From an uncultured Bacteroidales bacterium (lineage in GTDB: Bacteria > Bacteroidota > Bacteroidia > Bacteroidales > JAADJA01): a DNA stretch of 64,000 nucleotides. A program made the position numbers and the translations under genes. The DNA lies in contig CAYLTG010000001.1 of NCBI GenBank assembly GCA_964386225.1, positions 935-64,934 of the forward strand, read 5' to 3'. A model generated the notes under the pieces. It saw only the letters and a program-made list of their open reading frames with translations. It did not search any database and was not told the origin of the DNA. Below, piece after piece: positions 14,289 to 23,078 of this stretch (position 1 is the stretch's first letter; every line of letters begins with the position of its first letter).

Positions 14289-17216
14289 TCAAGGGATAAA
14301 AGGAAGTCCGACGGTGAAGGCATGTTCCGTTTTGATGACCATAACTTCTTCATCGGTGAGCAGTTTGTACCTGCTGATGATGTTGTTGATGCCGATCCCG
14401 GTGGAAGGTGTATCCTGCAATTTTTCCTGGATGTTGTTCTCCACAAAAATACGATTTTCGCCGGGTTTTGAAAAGATTTTGATCCTTAAGGGTTTGCCCC
14501 TGGATGCCACATTGTGCTTGATCGCATTCTCGATGAGCAGCTGCAAGGTGAGGGGCGGGATCTTCGTCCCCCTGAAGGCGGAGGGTTCCTCCATTTCAAC
14601 CACCAGGTTGCTGCCATACCTCTTTTTCTGCAGGTTGATGTAGTTGCCGGCGATCTCGTACTCACGGTCCAGGCTCACCAGGTCCTGGTCCTTGTATTCC
14701 AGGATGATCCTGAAGAGCATGGAAAGTTCTTCCACGTAGTTGACAGCAGCCTTTGTGTCATCTTCGATGAGTGCGATGAGGGTGCTGAAGCTGTTGAACA
14801 GGAAGTGGGGGTTGATCTGGCTCTTCAGGTTCTCGAACTGGAACCTGATCTTTTCCTGGATCAATTCCTCCTTTCGCCTAACCTGCCGGATCCTGGCCGT
14901 AAGGATCATGGCGGTCAGCCCGCCTGCCGCCAGCACCAGCAGGATGTAAAACCAGATCGAGGAATGGAATGGCTTGCGGATGGTGAAGGTGTACGCTTCT
15001 TCCCCGGCAGCGCTGAAATTTCCGTAAAGGCCCGACCTGACGCGGAAAGTGTATTCACCCGGCCGCAGGTCAGAATAGATCACCTGGTTGTTGCGTGTCC
15101 GTATCCAGCCCAGGTCATGTCCGTCAAGCTTCACCTGGTATTCCACCTGGTCGGGTTGCTGGTACCAGAAACCCGAATAGTTGAACGAGAGGTGGTTCTC
15201 GTTGTGGTTAAACTGCTTGCTGCCCGAATGGTTGAACGGCTCCAGGAACAGGGCGACCCCTTCCAGTTTGGTCCGCGGCTGTTCCCACAACCCTTTTTCC
15301 AGGGGCCGGATCCGGATAATGCCTTTGGCCGTCCCTATCCATAGTGCATGGTGCGAATCGCGGGCGAGGGTGTTGAGGTCGGGGTTGATGAAGGCGATCC
15401 CCGCATTTTCCTCGAAATGCCGGATGGCCCCGGTGGATATGTTCATCACATCGATGCCGTTCTCGTGGGCCATCACCAGTTCGCCCTTGCTGCTGAGTAT
15501 CCCGCTGATGGTCACTTCCCGCCGTCCGGCCTCGCGGGAAATCCGGGAATAGCTTGTGCCGTCGTATTTATGGAGTCCTTCTCCGGCTATGTTGAGCCAG
15601 GTGTTGCCGGCGTCATCGCGAGCGACCGAATATACCACCTTGTCGGCCATTTCACCCCCCGGGTCCAGGTGGAGGAATTCCCCGTCCCGGTAAAGATGCA
15701 CGCCGCTGCCGTCGGTCGCGAAATAGGGTGTTCCGTCGTCCGGGAGGAATACCTGGTAGATGTAATTGTTCACGAGCCCTTCCTCCGATCCGAAATTCTG
15801 AAAAGTTGGCACGTGGTCCGGTTCTTCCATGTTTTTATCCATGATGCACCGTGATGCGCCGCCCAGTGTGCCGAACCAGATCTCCTGCCTGTTCCCGGTA
15901 ATGGAGAGCACATTGCCGTTCACCAGCCCGTCGCGCTCGGTGATGACTACCTGCCGGCCGGTCCCGGGGTCCATCCTGACCAGCCCGCTGCCGAAGGTCC
16001 CCACCCAGATGAAGCCGAGGTAGTCGCGGTAGATGCTCATCACCTTCTGCTGGTCCAGGTCGATGATCAGCGGGTGATGTACCGCGGCTGCCCCGGGCTG
16101 CCCCGGGTCATAGGAGTAGATGCCCCGGTCATCGGCGAACCACAGCTGGTCGTCGCTGTCGACGGTGAGGGCATGGATGTTGTTCAGCTCCATCCCGCCG
16201 ATCGACTGGAAGAACTCGATCCTGTTCCCGAACGAAAGATACAATTCGTTGCCGGAGAGCAGCCAGATGTTGCCCTCCTGGTCCCTAAGCATGGACTTGA
16301 TCCTTCCCATGGTTTGTTCCCCGACATCCCGGTAATGGGTCACGGTGCCGGTTTCGGGGCTGTATTCCATGATGCCCCTGTCCGATGTGGCGATCCAAAT
16401 CCTGTCCTCCAGGATCACCATGTCGCGCACCGCACCGAACTGCCATTCCCGCAGGTTTTCCGGCACGTGGAAGGTGCCGCTGCGTTGGTCATACCTGCAG
16501 ATGCCCCGGTCATACATCCCGATCCAGATGCTGCCGCTGTCACCGGCGGCGAGGCATTGCACGATAAAATCGGGCAGGCCCTCGTCGATGCTCAGCTTCG
16601 TAACTTTCCATGCGCCACCCTCGGATCCCGCCACATTGATCCCGTTGTCGGTGCCCATCCAGATCCTGTTGCCGGGACCCGTGACGATGGAGTAGATGTA
16701 ATTGTCGGAAAGGCCTGACTCGCTGTTCATCTGGACGATGGCCGTATCCCGGCTGACGAATGCGCCGCTGCCGTAGGTGGCCATCCACACGGTCCCCGGC
16801 TCTCCCTCGACGAAGCCCGTGATCCGGCTGACATTCTCCCTGCCGGCTGACAGCACGGTGTCGAAAACCTCGAATCCGTCATACGTCAGGACGCCGCCAT
16901 TTTCAAAACCGATCCAGAGGTTGCCGGAATGGTCGGTGAACAGGGCGGTTGGTCCCTCGTCCCTGAAGTTGCCGGGGAGCACCACCGGTGTGAAGGATAG
17001 TCCGTCGAAGGTGTACAACCCTGCGGCCGTCCCCAGCCAGATCATGCCGTCGTGATCCTGGTGTATGCAGTTCAGGTTGCCCTCCCCGACTTTCGTGTCG
17101 ATGGGGACAGTCCGGAACCAGGCCTGGGCCCGCGCGTCAGGTGCCGCCAGCAGCACCGGAAGGATCAGGGTCGCAACCGCGGCAATCAGGGTCAACAGGA
17201 AGGGGCGCCCGGTCAT
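14289..17216 (-). CDS. Sensor histidine kinase with periplasmic two-component-regulator propeller/Y_Y_Y domain and LytS/YehU-type kinase core
   Basis: 975 aa with a signal or TM segment. Many propeller repeats are present (G.IW[IL]GT..G[LI]). The Y_Y_Y-like segment is YQVKLDGHDLGWIRT...PGEYTFRVRS and the TM segment is IWFYILLVLAAGGLTAMILTA. The His_kinase box is QINPHFLFNSFSTLIALI, followed by a HATPase region. Confidence 0.9.
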   Translation of the reverse strand: MTGRPFLLTLIAAVATLILPVLLAAPDARAQAWFRTVPIDTKVGEGNLNCIHQDHDGMIWLGTAAGLYTFDGLSFTPVVLPGNFRDEGPTALFTDHSGNLWIGFENGGVLTYDGFEVFDTVLSAGRENVSRITGFVEGEPGTVWMATYGSGAFVSRDTAIVQMNSESGLSDNYIYSIVTGPGNRIWMGTDNGINVAGSEGGAWKVTKLSIDEGLPDFIVQCLAAGDSGSIWIGMYDRGICRYDQRSGTFHVPENLREWQFGAVRDMVILEDRIWIATSDRGIMEYSPETGTVTHYRDVGEQTMGRIKSMLRDQEGNIWLLSGNELYLSFGNRIEFFQSIGGMELNNIHALTVDSDDQLWFADDRGIYSYDPGQPGAAAVHHPLIIDLDQQKVMSIYRDYLGFIWVGTFGSGLVRMDPGTGRQVVITERDGLVNGNVLSITGNRQEIWFGTLGGASRCIMDKNMEEPDHVPTFQNFGSEEGLVNNYIYQVFLPDDGTPYFATDGSGVHLYRDGEFLHLDPGGEMADKVVYSVARDDAGNTWLNIAGEGLHKYDGTSYSRISREAGRREVTISGILSSKGELVMAHENGIDVMNISTGAIRHFEENAGIAFINPDLNTLARDSHHALWIGTAKGIIRIRPLEKGLWEQPRTKLEGVALFLEPFNHSGSKQFNHNENHLSFNYSGFWYQQPDQVEYQVKLDGHDLGWIRTRNNQVIYSDLRPGEYTFRVRSGLYGNFSAAGEEAYTFTIRKPFHSSIWFYILLVLAAGGLTAMILTARIRQVRRKEELIQEKIRFQFENLKSQINPHFLFNSFSTLIALIEDDTKAAVNYVEELSMLFRIILEYKDQDLVSLDREYEIAGNYINLQKKRYGSNLVVEMEEPSAFRGTKIPPLTLQLLIENAIKHNVASRGKPLRIKIFSKPGENRIFVENNIQEKLQDTPSTGIGINNIISRYKLLTDEEVMVIKTEHAFTVGLPFIP

Positions 17217-17785
17217 GGGGTGGATGGTGTTTTGGTCAGTGTCACTTCAATGCTCACGGCCACCTCTTCGGCGATCTTCTGGTAGACGAGCTTCGGAATG
17301 GTGATGTTGTGGTCGTCGAGGCTGACCATGAACCTGCTGGTGGCCGTGAACTGGTCCGGCCCGATGTCGAGCATGCATTTGATGATCCTTTCTTTTTTGA
17401 CACCGTGGATGTCAAGGATGCCCTTGGCCCGGACCTCGAGCCGACCCGGGACGCTGAGGTCGACCTTTTCGATGATCCTCCCGCTGAAAGAGGCGTTGGG
17501 ATATTTCTCCACCTCGATGTAGTTCTCGTAAAAATGTTCCTGCTGCAAGGGTGAATTGAAACCGGTAAGGGTTTGCGTCCCCACCTGGAAGGCAAAGGTG
17601 CCCTTGGAGGGATCGAACAGGCCCCTGAGGGCATCCGACTCTGCTGCGATGAGTTCCAGCGGGGCGTCGGAAACGAAGGAAACATGCCCGTTCTCGGCCC
17701 TGTATAGTACGGCGGACCCCTCATCCTGTCCCAACAGGCCGAGGGCAAGGCAAAGGAACGACAAGCTGATGATCATCCTGTTCAC
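17213..17785 (-). CDS. YceI-family periplasmic protein, translationally coupled to the sensor kinase
   Basis: 190 aa with a GTG start and a signal peptide. The YceI-like core is EHFYENYIEVEKYPNASFSG...ILDIHGV. Its stop overlaps the kinase ATG as ATGA (17213-17216). Confidence 0.85.
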   Translation of the reverse strand: MNRMIISLSFLCLALGLLGQDEGSAVLYRAENGHVSFVSDAPLELIAAESDALRGLFDPSKGTFAFQVGTQTLTGFNSPLQQEHFYENYIEVEKYPNASFSGRIIEKVDLSVPGRLEVRAKGILDIHGVKKERIIKCMLDIGPDQFTATSRFMVSLDDHNITIPKLVYQKIAEEVAVSIEVTLTKTPSTP

Positions 17786-17823
17786 GGTGGCAGGTTTTAT
17801 TTCTAAACAAACTAAAAATACAA

Positions 17824-17831
17824 TAGTTTTG
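17824..17831 (+). promoter_or_regulatory. Bacteroidota-type -7 box TAGTTTTG upstream of the phoD-like gene
   Basis: It matches TAnnTTTG and lies ~50 nt upstream of ATG 17882. This supports the shorter start for the phosphatase gene. Confidence 0.4.
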
Positions 17832-17881
17832 TGAGATACCGCAGCCTTTTGAAAAGATCAGGGCATGCAAACATCACATCT

Positions 17882-19216
17882 ATGAAAGCTATCCGGTTTG
17901 TATTCGTGTTTTGCCTTCTTCCTTTCGTTGCTGATTGCCAGGATTATCCGGCGGAGGTGCTCCGCTCGGGCCCGATGGTGGGTTATTCCACCATGAAGGA
18001 GGTGATGATCTGGGTCCAGACCAGGTACCCGGCCCGTGTGCACCTCACATGGAGCGAAAAGGGCAGCCCCGGGAAGGAACAACGGTCTGAGGATGTCTTG
18101 TCAGGCCCTGACCATTTCTTTGTGGTGAAATTGCCGGCGGCCGTCGAGCCGGGAAAGGAATATGCCTATGCTGTCTGGGTCGATGGCGAAAAGTTGGATT
18201 TCCCCTATGCCCTCGAGTTCAGGAGCCAGGAATTGTGGCAATGGAGGCACGACCCCCCCGGTTTCAAGTTCGTCATCGGCAGCTGCAATTACGACAACGA
18301 ACCTTTGCTCGACAGGCCGGGCACCCCTTACGGGGCCGACCACTTCATCTTCGATTCCATGCTGAAGAAAGACCCCGATTTCATGGTATGGATGGGTGAT
18401 AACAACTACCTCCGGGAAGCCGATTGGAACTCCCGCACAGGCATCTTTCACCGCTACACCTGCAACCGCTCCATGCCGGAGCTGCAGCCCTTTTTAGGAT
18501 CGGTCCACCATTATGCCACATGGGACGACCATGACTATGGCCCCAACAACTCCGACCGGAGCTACTGGATGAAGGACGTGACAATGGAAGCCTTCAGGCT
18601 TTTCTGGGCCAATCCCAATTACGGCCCCGGCGGTGGCGTCAGCGGCACCTTTTTCTGGGGCGACGTTCAGTTTTTCCTGCTCGACAACCGCTGGTTCAGG
18701 ACACCCAACAACCTGCGGTCGGACGACCGGGTGATGTTCGGGGAGCAACAGTTGCAATGGCTCATCGACGCGCTGAGCACAAGCCAGGCGCCCTTCAAGT
18801 TCGTGGTGACGGGCGGCCAGGTCCTTAACCCGGTGGTGGAGCCCTGGACCGAAAATTTTGCCAAATACCCGGAGGAACAGAAGAAGCTGTTTGATGCCAT
18901 CCGGGACAATGCCATCACCGGGGTCTTCTTCCTCACCGGCGACCGGCACATGGCCGAGTTGGCGAAGATGGACAGGGAGGGGACCTACCCGTTCTACGAC
19001 CTCACCGTGTCGCCCCTTACCGCCGGGCCCGACAACGGACGCCGCAAGGACGAGGCCAATGCCTTCCGCATGCCCGGAACCTATTACGGGCAGCGCAATT
19101 TTGCACTGCTGGAGGTCTCCGGGGCCCGCAGGGACAGGAAATTGAAGATCACGCTGTGCGACAGCCATGGAAAAGAAGTGTGGTCGAAGACCATCCACGA
19201 GGATGAGTTGAAATAG
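17882..19216 (+). CDS. PhoD-like alkaline phosphatase/metallophosphatase
   Basis: Start at ATG 17882 (MKAIRFVFVFCLLPFVADCQ signal). Motifs WMGDNNYL, ATWDDHDYGPNN and FLTGDRHMAE are typical of the PhoD family. Confidence 0.8.
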   Translation: MKAIRFVFVFCLLPFVADCQDYPAEVLRSGPMVGYSTMKEVMIWVQTRYPARVHLTWSEKGSPGKEQRSEDVLSGPDHFFVVKLPAAVEPGKEYAYAVWVDGEKLDFPYALEFRSQELWQWRHDPPGFKFVIGSCNYDNEPLLDRPGTPYGADHFIFDSMLKKDPDFMVWMGDNNYLREADWNSRTGIFHRYTCNRSMPELQPFLGSVHHYATWDDHDYGPNNSDRSYWMKDVTMEAFRLFWANPNYGPGGGVSGTFFWGDVQFFLLDNRWFRTPNNLRSDDRVMFGEQQLQWLIDALSTSQAPFKFVVTGGQVLNPVVEPWTENFAKYPEEQKKLFDAIRDNAITGVFFLTGDRHMAELAKMDREGTYPFYDLTVSPLTAGPDNGRRKDEANAFRMPGTYYGQRNFALLEVSGARRDRKLKITLCDSHGKEVWSKTIHEDELK

Positions 19217-19222
19217 GAAGGG

Positions 19223-19648
19223 TCAGCGGGCGTCGTAGTCAATGGTCTTGAGCAGTTCGCCGTCCTGGTCCCAGAAGGACCATGTCCCGGTCCTTTCATC
19301 GTCCTTCAGGTGCCCTTCATAGTACTTCTGGCCGTTCTCGTAATATACCGTTTTCAGCCCGTTCTCCCTGCCGTTCCGGTATTCCCCGGTGCTCCACAAC
19401 TGACCGTTGGCATGCCAGGCCTTCCACGTCCCTTCCCGCTCCCCGTTTTTGTAGGCGCCTTCAATGTAGAGGGTCCCGTCGCGGTAGAGCTGTTTTTCAC
19501 GGACGAGAACGGTCTTCTCCTTGTCCCTGTAGAACTTCACTATCTTGGGCGAGCCGTCGGGGTAGCTCTCCTCGACGAATTCATAACTTTTCGGCGAGCA
19601 GGCCAGGACAAACAGGAGCGGTATGATCCAGGGGAGAAACTTTTTCAT
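19223..19648 (-). CDS. MORN-repeat (YwqK-like) lipoprotein
   Basis: Lipobox MKKFLPWIIPLLFVLACS. It has repeated G.Y.NG.[RK][ET]G.W motifs (EGAYKNGEREGTWKAWH, GEYRNGRENG, EGHLKDDERTGTW). Confidence 0.8.
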   Translation of the reverse strand: MKKFLPWIIPLLFVLACSPKSYEFVEESYPDGSPKIVKFYRDKEKTVLVREKQLYRDGTLYIEGAYKNGEREGTWKAWHANGQLWSTGEYRNGRENGLKTVYYENGQKYYEGHLKDDERTGTWSFWDQDGELLKTIDYDAR

Positions 19649-19651
19649 AGG

Positions 19652-21007
19652 TTATCGTTGAAACAGGAGACGCTGGCCGCTGACCCCTTCGTGGAACACC
19701 CCCCGGTCGTAGACCAGTTTCCCGTTCACCCAGGTGTGTGTCACGGTGGAGCTGAACCGGGTCCCCTCGAAGGGCGACCAGCCGCATTTGTAAAGGACCT
19801 TGTCGCGGGTCACCTCCTGGGGCTGCTCCAGGTCGACCGCCACCAGGTCGGCATGGTACCCCGGACGAAGGAATCCCCTGTCCGCCACCCGGAAGCAGGT
19901 GGCCGGAGCATGGCACATCTTCTCGACCACCTTTTCAAGGGTGATCTTTCCCTGGTGGTGGAACTCCAGCATCGCCAGCAGGGCATGTTGTACCAGCGGC
20001 CCGCCGGATGGGGCTTTCATGTAAGGATTGTCTTTTTCTTCCAGCGTATGGGGCGCATGGTCCGTCGCGATCACATCCAGCTTGTCGGTCAGCAGCCCGT
20101 CGAAAAGCGCCTCCTGGTCGGCCCGCGACTTCACGGCGGGGTTCCATTTTATCAGGCTCCCCTTTTCCTCATAATCCTGGTTGCTGAACCACAGGTGATG
20201 GACGCACACCTCGGCGGTGATCCGCTTCTTTTCAAGGGGCATGTCGTTGGAGAACAGGTCCAGTTCCCTGGCCGTGGACAGGTGAAGGATGTGCAGGCGC
20301 GTATTGTACAGTTTGGCCAGGCTCACCGCCAGTTTGGAGCTTTTGTAGCAAGCCTCGTGGCTCCTGATCAGGGGGTGGGCTTCCATTGGGATGTCGTCGC
20401 CGTATTTGTTCCTGAAGATCTCCAGGTTGCTCCGGATGGTGGTCTCATCCTCGCAGTGGACGGCGATGAGCGATTTGGACCTGGAGAAGATCTTGTTGAG
20501 GGTGTCGACGTTGTCAACCAGCATGTTGCCCGTAGAGGCGCCCATGAATACCTTCACGCCGCAGACGGTGCGGGGATCGGTCTTCAGGATCTCGTCGATG
20601 TTGTCGTTGGAGGCGCCCATGTAAAAACTGTAATTGGCCAGCGATGTCCTGGAAGCGATGTCGTATTTTTCTTCCAGGAGCTCCTGCGTGAGGGTGTTGG
20701 GCACGGTGTTGGGCATCTCCATGAAGGAGGTGATGCCGCCGGCCACCGCCGCCCTGCTTTCCGTGTAGATGTCGGCCTTATGGGTCAGCCCTGGCTCACG
20801 GAAATGGACCTGGTCGTCGATCACGCCGGGGATCAGCAGCTTGCCGCCGAGGTCGATCGTGTGGATGCCTTCGAATGCAGCACCGGACCAGCCTTCCGGA
20901 TTGCGGCTTACTGCCTCGATCAGGCCGTCGCTGACAAGCAAGGATCCGGGGAACTGTTCCCCTTCATTGACGATTCGGGCATTGACCAGCTGGAATATCT
21001 TGTTCAT
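19652..21007 (-). CDS. pyrC: Dihydroorotase-type cyclic amidohydrolase
   Basis: 451 aa. LIPGVIDDQVHFREPG, a metal-binding-like motif, and HCEDE...ATDHAPH are typical of long dihydroorotase/allantoinase-class enzymes. Confidence 0.8.
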   Translation of the reverse strand: MNKIFQLVNARIVNEGEQFPGSLLVSDGLIEAVSRNPEGWSGAAFEGIHTIDLGGKLLIPGVIDDQVHFREPGLTHKADIYTESRAAVAGGITSFMEMPNTVPNTLTQELLEEKYDIASRTSLANYSFYMGASNDNIDEILKTDPRTVCGVKVFMGASTGNMLVDNVDTLNKIFSRSKSLIAVHCEDETTIRSNLEIFRNKYGDDIPMEAHPLIRSHEACYKSSKLAVSLAKLYNTRLHILHLSTARELDLFSNDMPLEKKRITAEVCVHHLWFSNQDYEEKGSLIKWNPAVKSRADQEALFDGLLTDKLDVIATDHAPHTLEEKDNPYMKAPSGGPLVQHALLAMLEFHHQGKITLEKVVEKMCHAPATCFRVADRGFLRPGYHADLVAVDLEQPQEVTRDKVLYKCGWSPFEGTRFSSTVTHTWVNGKLVYDRGVFHEGVSGQRLLFQR

Positions 21008-21071
21008 AGTTTGTCAGGGCAGCCTGGCGCCGCCCGTGGAACGAAAGGCTAAGTTACTAAAATTCTCTGAT

Positions 21072-21812
21072 TCAGGCACGTCTGCCGTGCGTTTTCTGTA
21101 TGTTGCGCAACCTGAGCTCGATGACCCCGAAAATGGCTTCCCTGAAGATGCTCTTGTTCATTTTTGATTCGCCCTCGGTACGGTCGGTGAAAATGATGTC
21201 CACCTCCCTGATCGCAAAGCCGAGTTTCCATGCGGTGTATTTCATCTCGATCTGGAATGCATACCCGGTGAACTTGATCCTGTCGAGGTTGATGGTCCTG
21301 AGCACCTCGGCCCGGTAGCATTTGAACCCGGCCGTGGTGTCCTGCACCTTCATCCGGGTGATGAACCGCACGTACACCGACGCGAAATAGGACATGAGGA
21401 TCCGGCCCATGGGCCAGTTGACGACATTCACCCCCTTGATGTAACGGGAGCCGATGGCCACATCGGCGCCGTCGGCGGCGCAGGCGGAGTAGAGCCGGGT
21501 GAGGTCCTCGGGGTTGTGCGAGAAATCGGCATCCATCTCGAAGATGTAGTCGTAACCCTTTGCAAGCCCCCACTTGAACCCGTGGATATAGGCTGTACCC
21601 AGGCCGAGCTTGCCTTTACGCTCCTCCATGAAGAGGCGGCCGGGGAACTCCTTCATGAGACCGCTGACAATCTCCGCCGTCCCGTCCGGGCTGTTGTCCT
21701 CCACGATCAGGATGTGGTAGGCCTTCTCCAATGAAAAGACCTTGCGGATGATCCGCTCGATGTTCTCCTTCTCGTTGTAGGTCGGGATGATAACTAAACT
21801 GTCACTCACCAT
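21072..21812 (-). CDS. GT2 polyprenol-phosphate mannosyl/glycosyl transferase
   Basis: Start at ATG 21812 (MVSDSLVIIPTYNEKENI...). The motifs IVEDNSPDGT and FEMDADFSH form a Dpm1-like GT2 signature. Confidence 0.85.
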   Translation of the reverse strand: MVSDSLVIIPTYNEKENIERIIRKVFSLEKAYHILIVEDNSPDGTAEIVSGLMKEFPGRLFMEERKGKLGLGTAYIHGFKWGLAKGYDYIFEMDADFSHNPEDLTRLYSACAADGADVAIGSRYIKGVNVVNWPMGRILMSYFASVYVRFITRMKVQDTTAGFKCYRAEVLRTINLDRIKFTGYAFQIEMKYTAWKLGFAIREVDIIFTDRTEGESKMNKSIFREAIFGVIELRLRNIQKTHGRRA

Positions 21813-21978
21813 AGTAAATCCGGTGCTTGGATCATAATCACGCGCAAAAATCGACAAAAATGTTAAATGTACGACGGGGGGCGGGCACGAAAGCATTAAA
21901 ATATCTTAAATTCAAGCTGGGAGAGCAGGCAAAAGGGGCCTGCAGAATTCAAGGTCCATTTTAATGGCGGGTGGGCGT

Positions 21979-22006
21979 TTTGTTTCATTTCAAACCACTA
22001 CTTTTG
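21979..22006 (+). promoter_or_regulatory. Putative promoter of fbp (TTTG ... TACTTTTG)
   Basis: The -33-like TTTG is at 21979-21982 and the -7 box TACTTTTG at 21999-22006, ~30 nt upstream of ATG 22036. The 16-nt spacing is slightly short of the usual value. Confidence 0.4.
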
Positions 22007-22035
22007 CACCAAACCGAAAAAGATTTTCTGAGCCT

Positions 22036-23052
22036 ATGAAGACCCTGGTAGAGTTCATCCATGAGAAGCAGTCCGATTTCCCCTTCGCCACCGGCGAGTT
22101 TTCAAGGCTGTTGAATGACATTGGCATCGCGGCCAAGATCGTGAACCGCGAGGTCAACAAGGCCGGACTGGCCGACATCCTTGGTTACGAAGGGGCGCAG
22201 AACGTGCAGGGCGAGGACCAGAAAAAGCTTGACGTCTACGCCAACAGGGAGTTCATCAAGGCCCTCCGCAATGGCGGCCAGGTTTGTGCCATCGCTTCCG
22301 AGGAGAACGAGGACCTGATCACCTTCGACAATCCCATGAGCAACCAGGGGAAGTACGTCGTGGCCATGGATCCCCTCGACGGCAGTTCCAACATCGAGGT
22401 GAATGTTCCCATCGGCACGGTCTTTTCCATTATCCGCCGCAGGTCGGAAGCCGGGGGGGCGGGCACCCTCGATGACGTCCTCCAGCCCGGCACGGCGATG
22501 GTGGCGGCGGGGTATGTCATTTACGGTTCCTCCACCATGCTGGTCTATACCACCGGCAACGGCGTGAACGGCTTCACCCTTGACCCGTCGGTAGGCCTTT
22601 TCATCCTGTCGCATCCCGACATCCGGATACCTGAAGGCGGCAACATCTACTCCATCAACGAAGCGCACTACATACACTTCCCCGAAGGGGTGAAGGAATA
22701 TATCCGCTACTGCCAGGAGGATGATCCAGGCACCCTCCGTCCCTATACCACGAGGTACATCGGCTCCCTGGTCTCCGACTTCCATCGCAACCTGCTGCGC
22801 GGAGGTATTTACATGTACCCGGGCACACGGAAGATGCCCGATGGCAAGCTGCGTCTCCTCTATGAATGCAATCCCATCGCGTTCATCGCGGAGCAGGCCG
22901 GCGGAAAGGCATCCGACGGCTTCCGCCGCATGCTCGACATCGTCCCGGCAACCATCCACCAGCGGGTGCCCTTCTTCGTGGGATCGAAGCACATGGTGGA
23001 AAAGGCAGAATATTACATGGATTATTTTTCAAGCGACTTTAAACCCCAATAG
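22036..23052 (+). CDS. fbp: Fructose-1,6-bisphosphatase class 1
   Basis: Start at ATG 22036 ([12 protein letters not shown]...). Motifs [19 protein letters not shown] and [21 protein letters not shown] are classic FBPase I motifs. Confidence 0.9.
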   Translation: MKTLVEFIHEKQSDFPFATGEFSRLLNDIGIAAKIVNREVNKAGLADILGYEGAQNVQGEDQKKLDVYANREFIKALRNGGQVCAIASEENEDLITFDNPMSNQGKYVVAMDPLDGSSNIEVNVPIGTVFSIIRRRSEAGGAGTLDDVLQPGTAMVAAGYVIYGSSTMLVYTTGNGVNGFTLDPSVGLFILSHPDIRIPEGGNIYSINEAHYIHFPEGVKEYIRYCQEDDPGTLRPYTTRYIGSLVSDFHRNLLRGGIYMYPGTRKMPDGKLRLLYECNPIAFIAEQAGGKASDGFRRMLDIVPATIHQRVPFFVGSKHMVEKAEYYMDYFSSDFKPQ

Positions 23053-23078
23053 CCCGAGTGTTGTTATAGAACCTTCAC

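Noticed and set aside
17774-17785. CATCCTGTTCAC, a 9/12 match to the 12-mer, overlapping the yceI GTG start and facing the phoD-like gene.
   Set aside because: The match is imperfect, has no partner at 21 bp, and is explained by the first codons of yceI (GTG AAC AGG ATG).
19310-21052. 580-aa ORF antisense to the MORN and pyrC-like genes.
   Set aside because: This is the same GC3 artefact. It spans two real opposite-strand genes and their 3-nt junction, and I recognised no motif.
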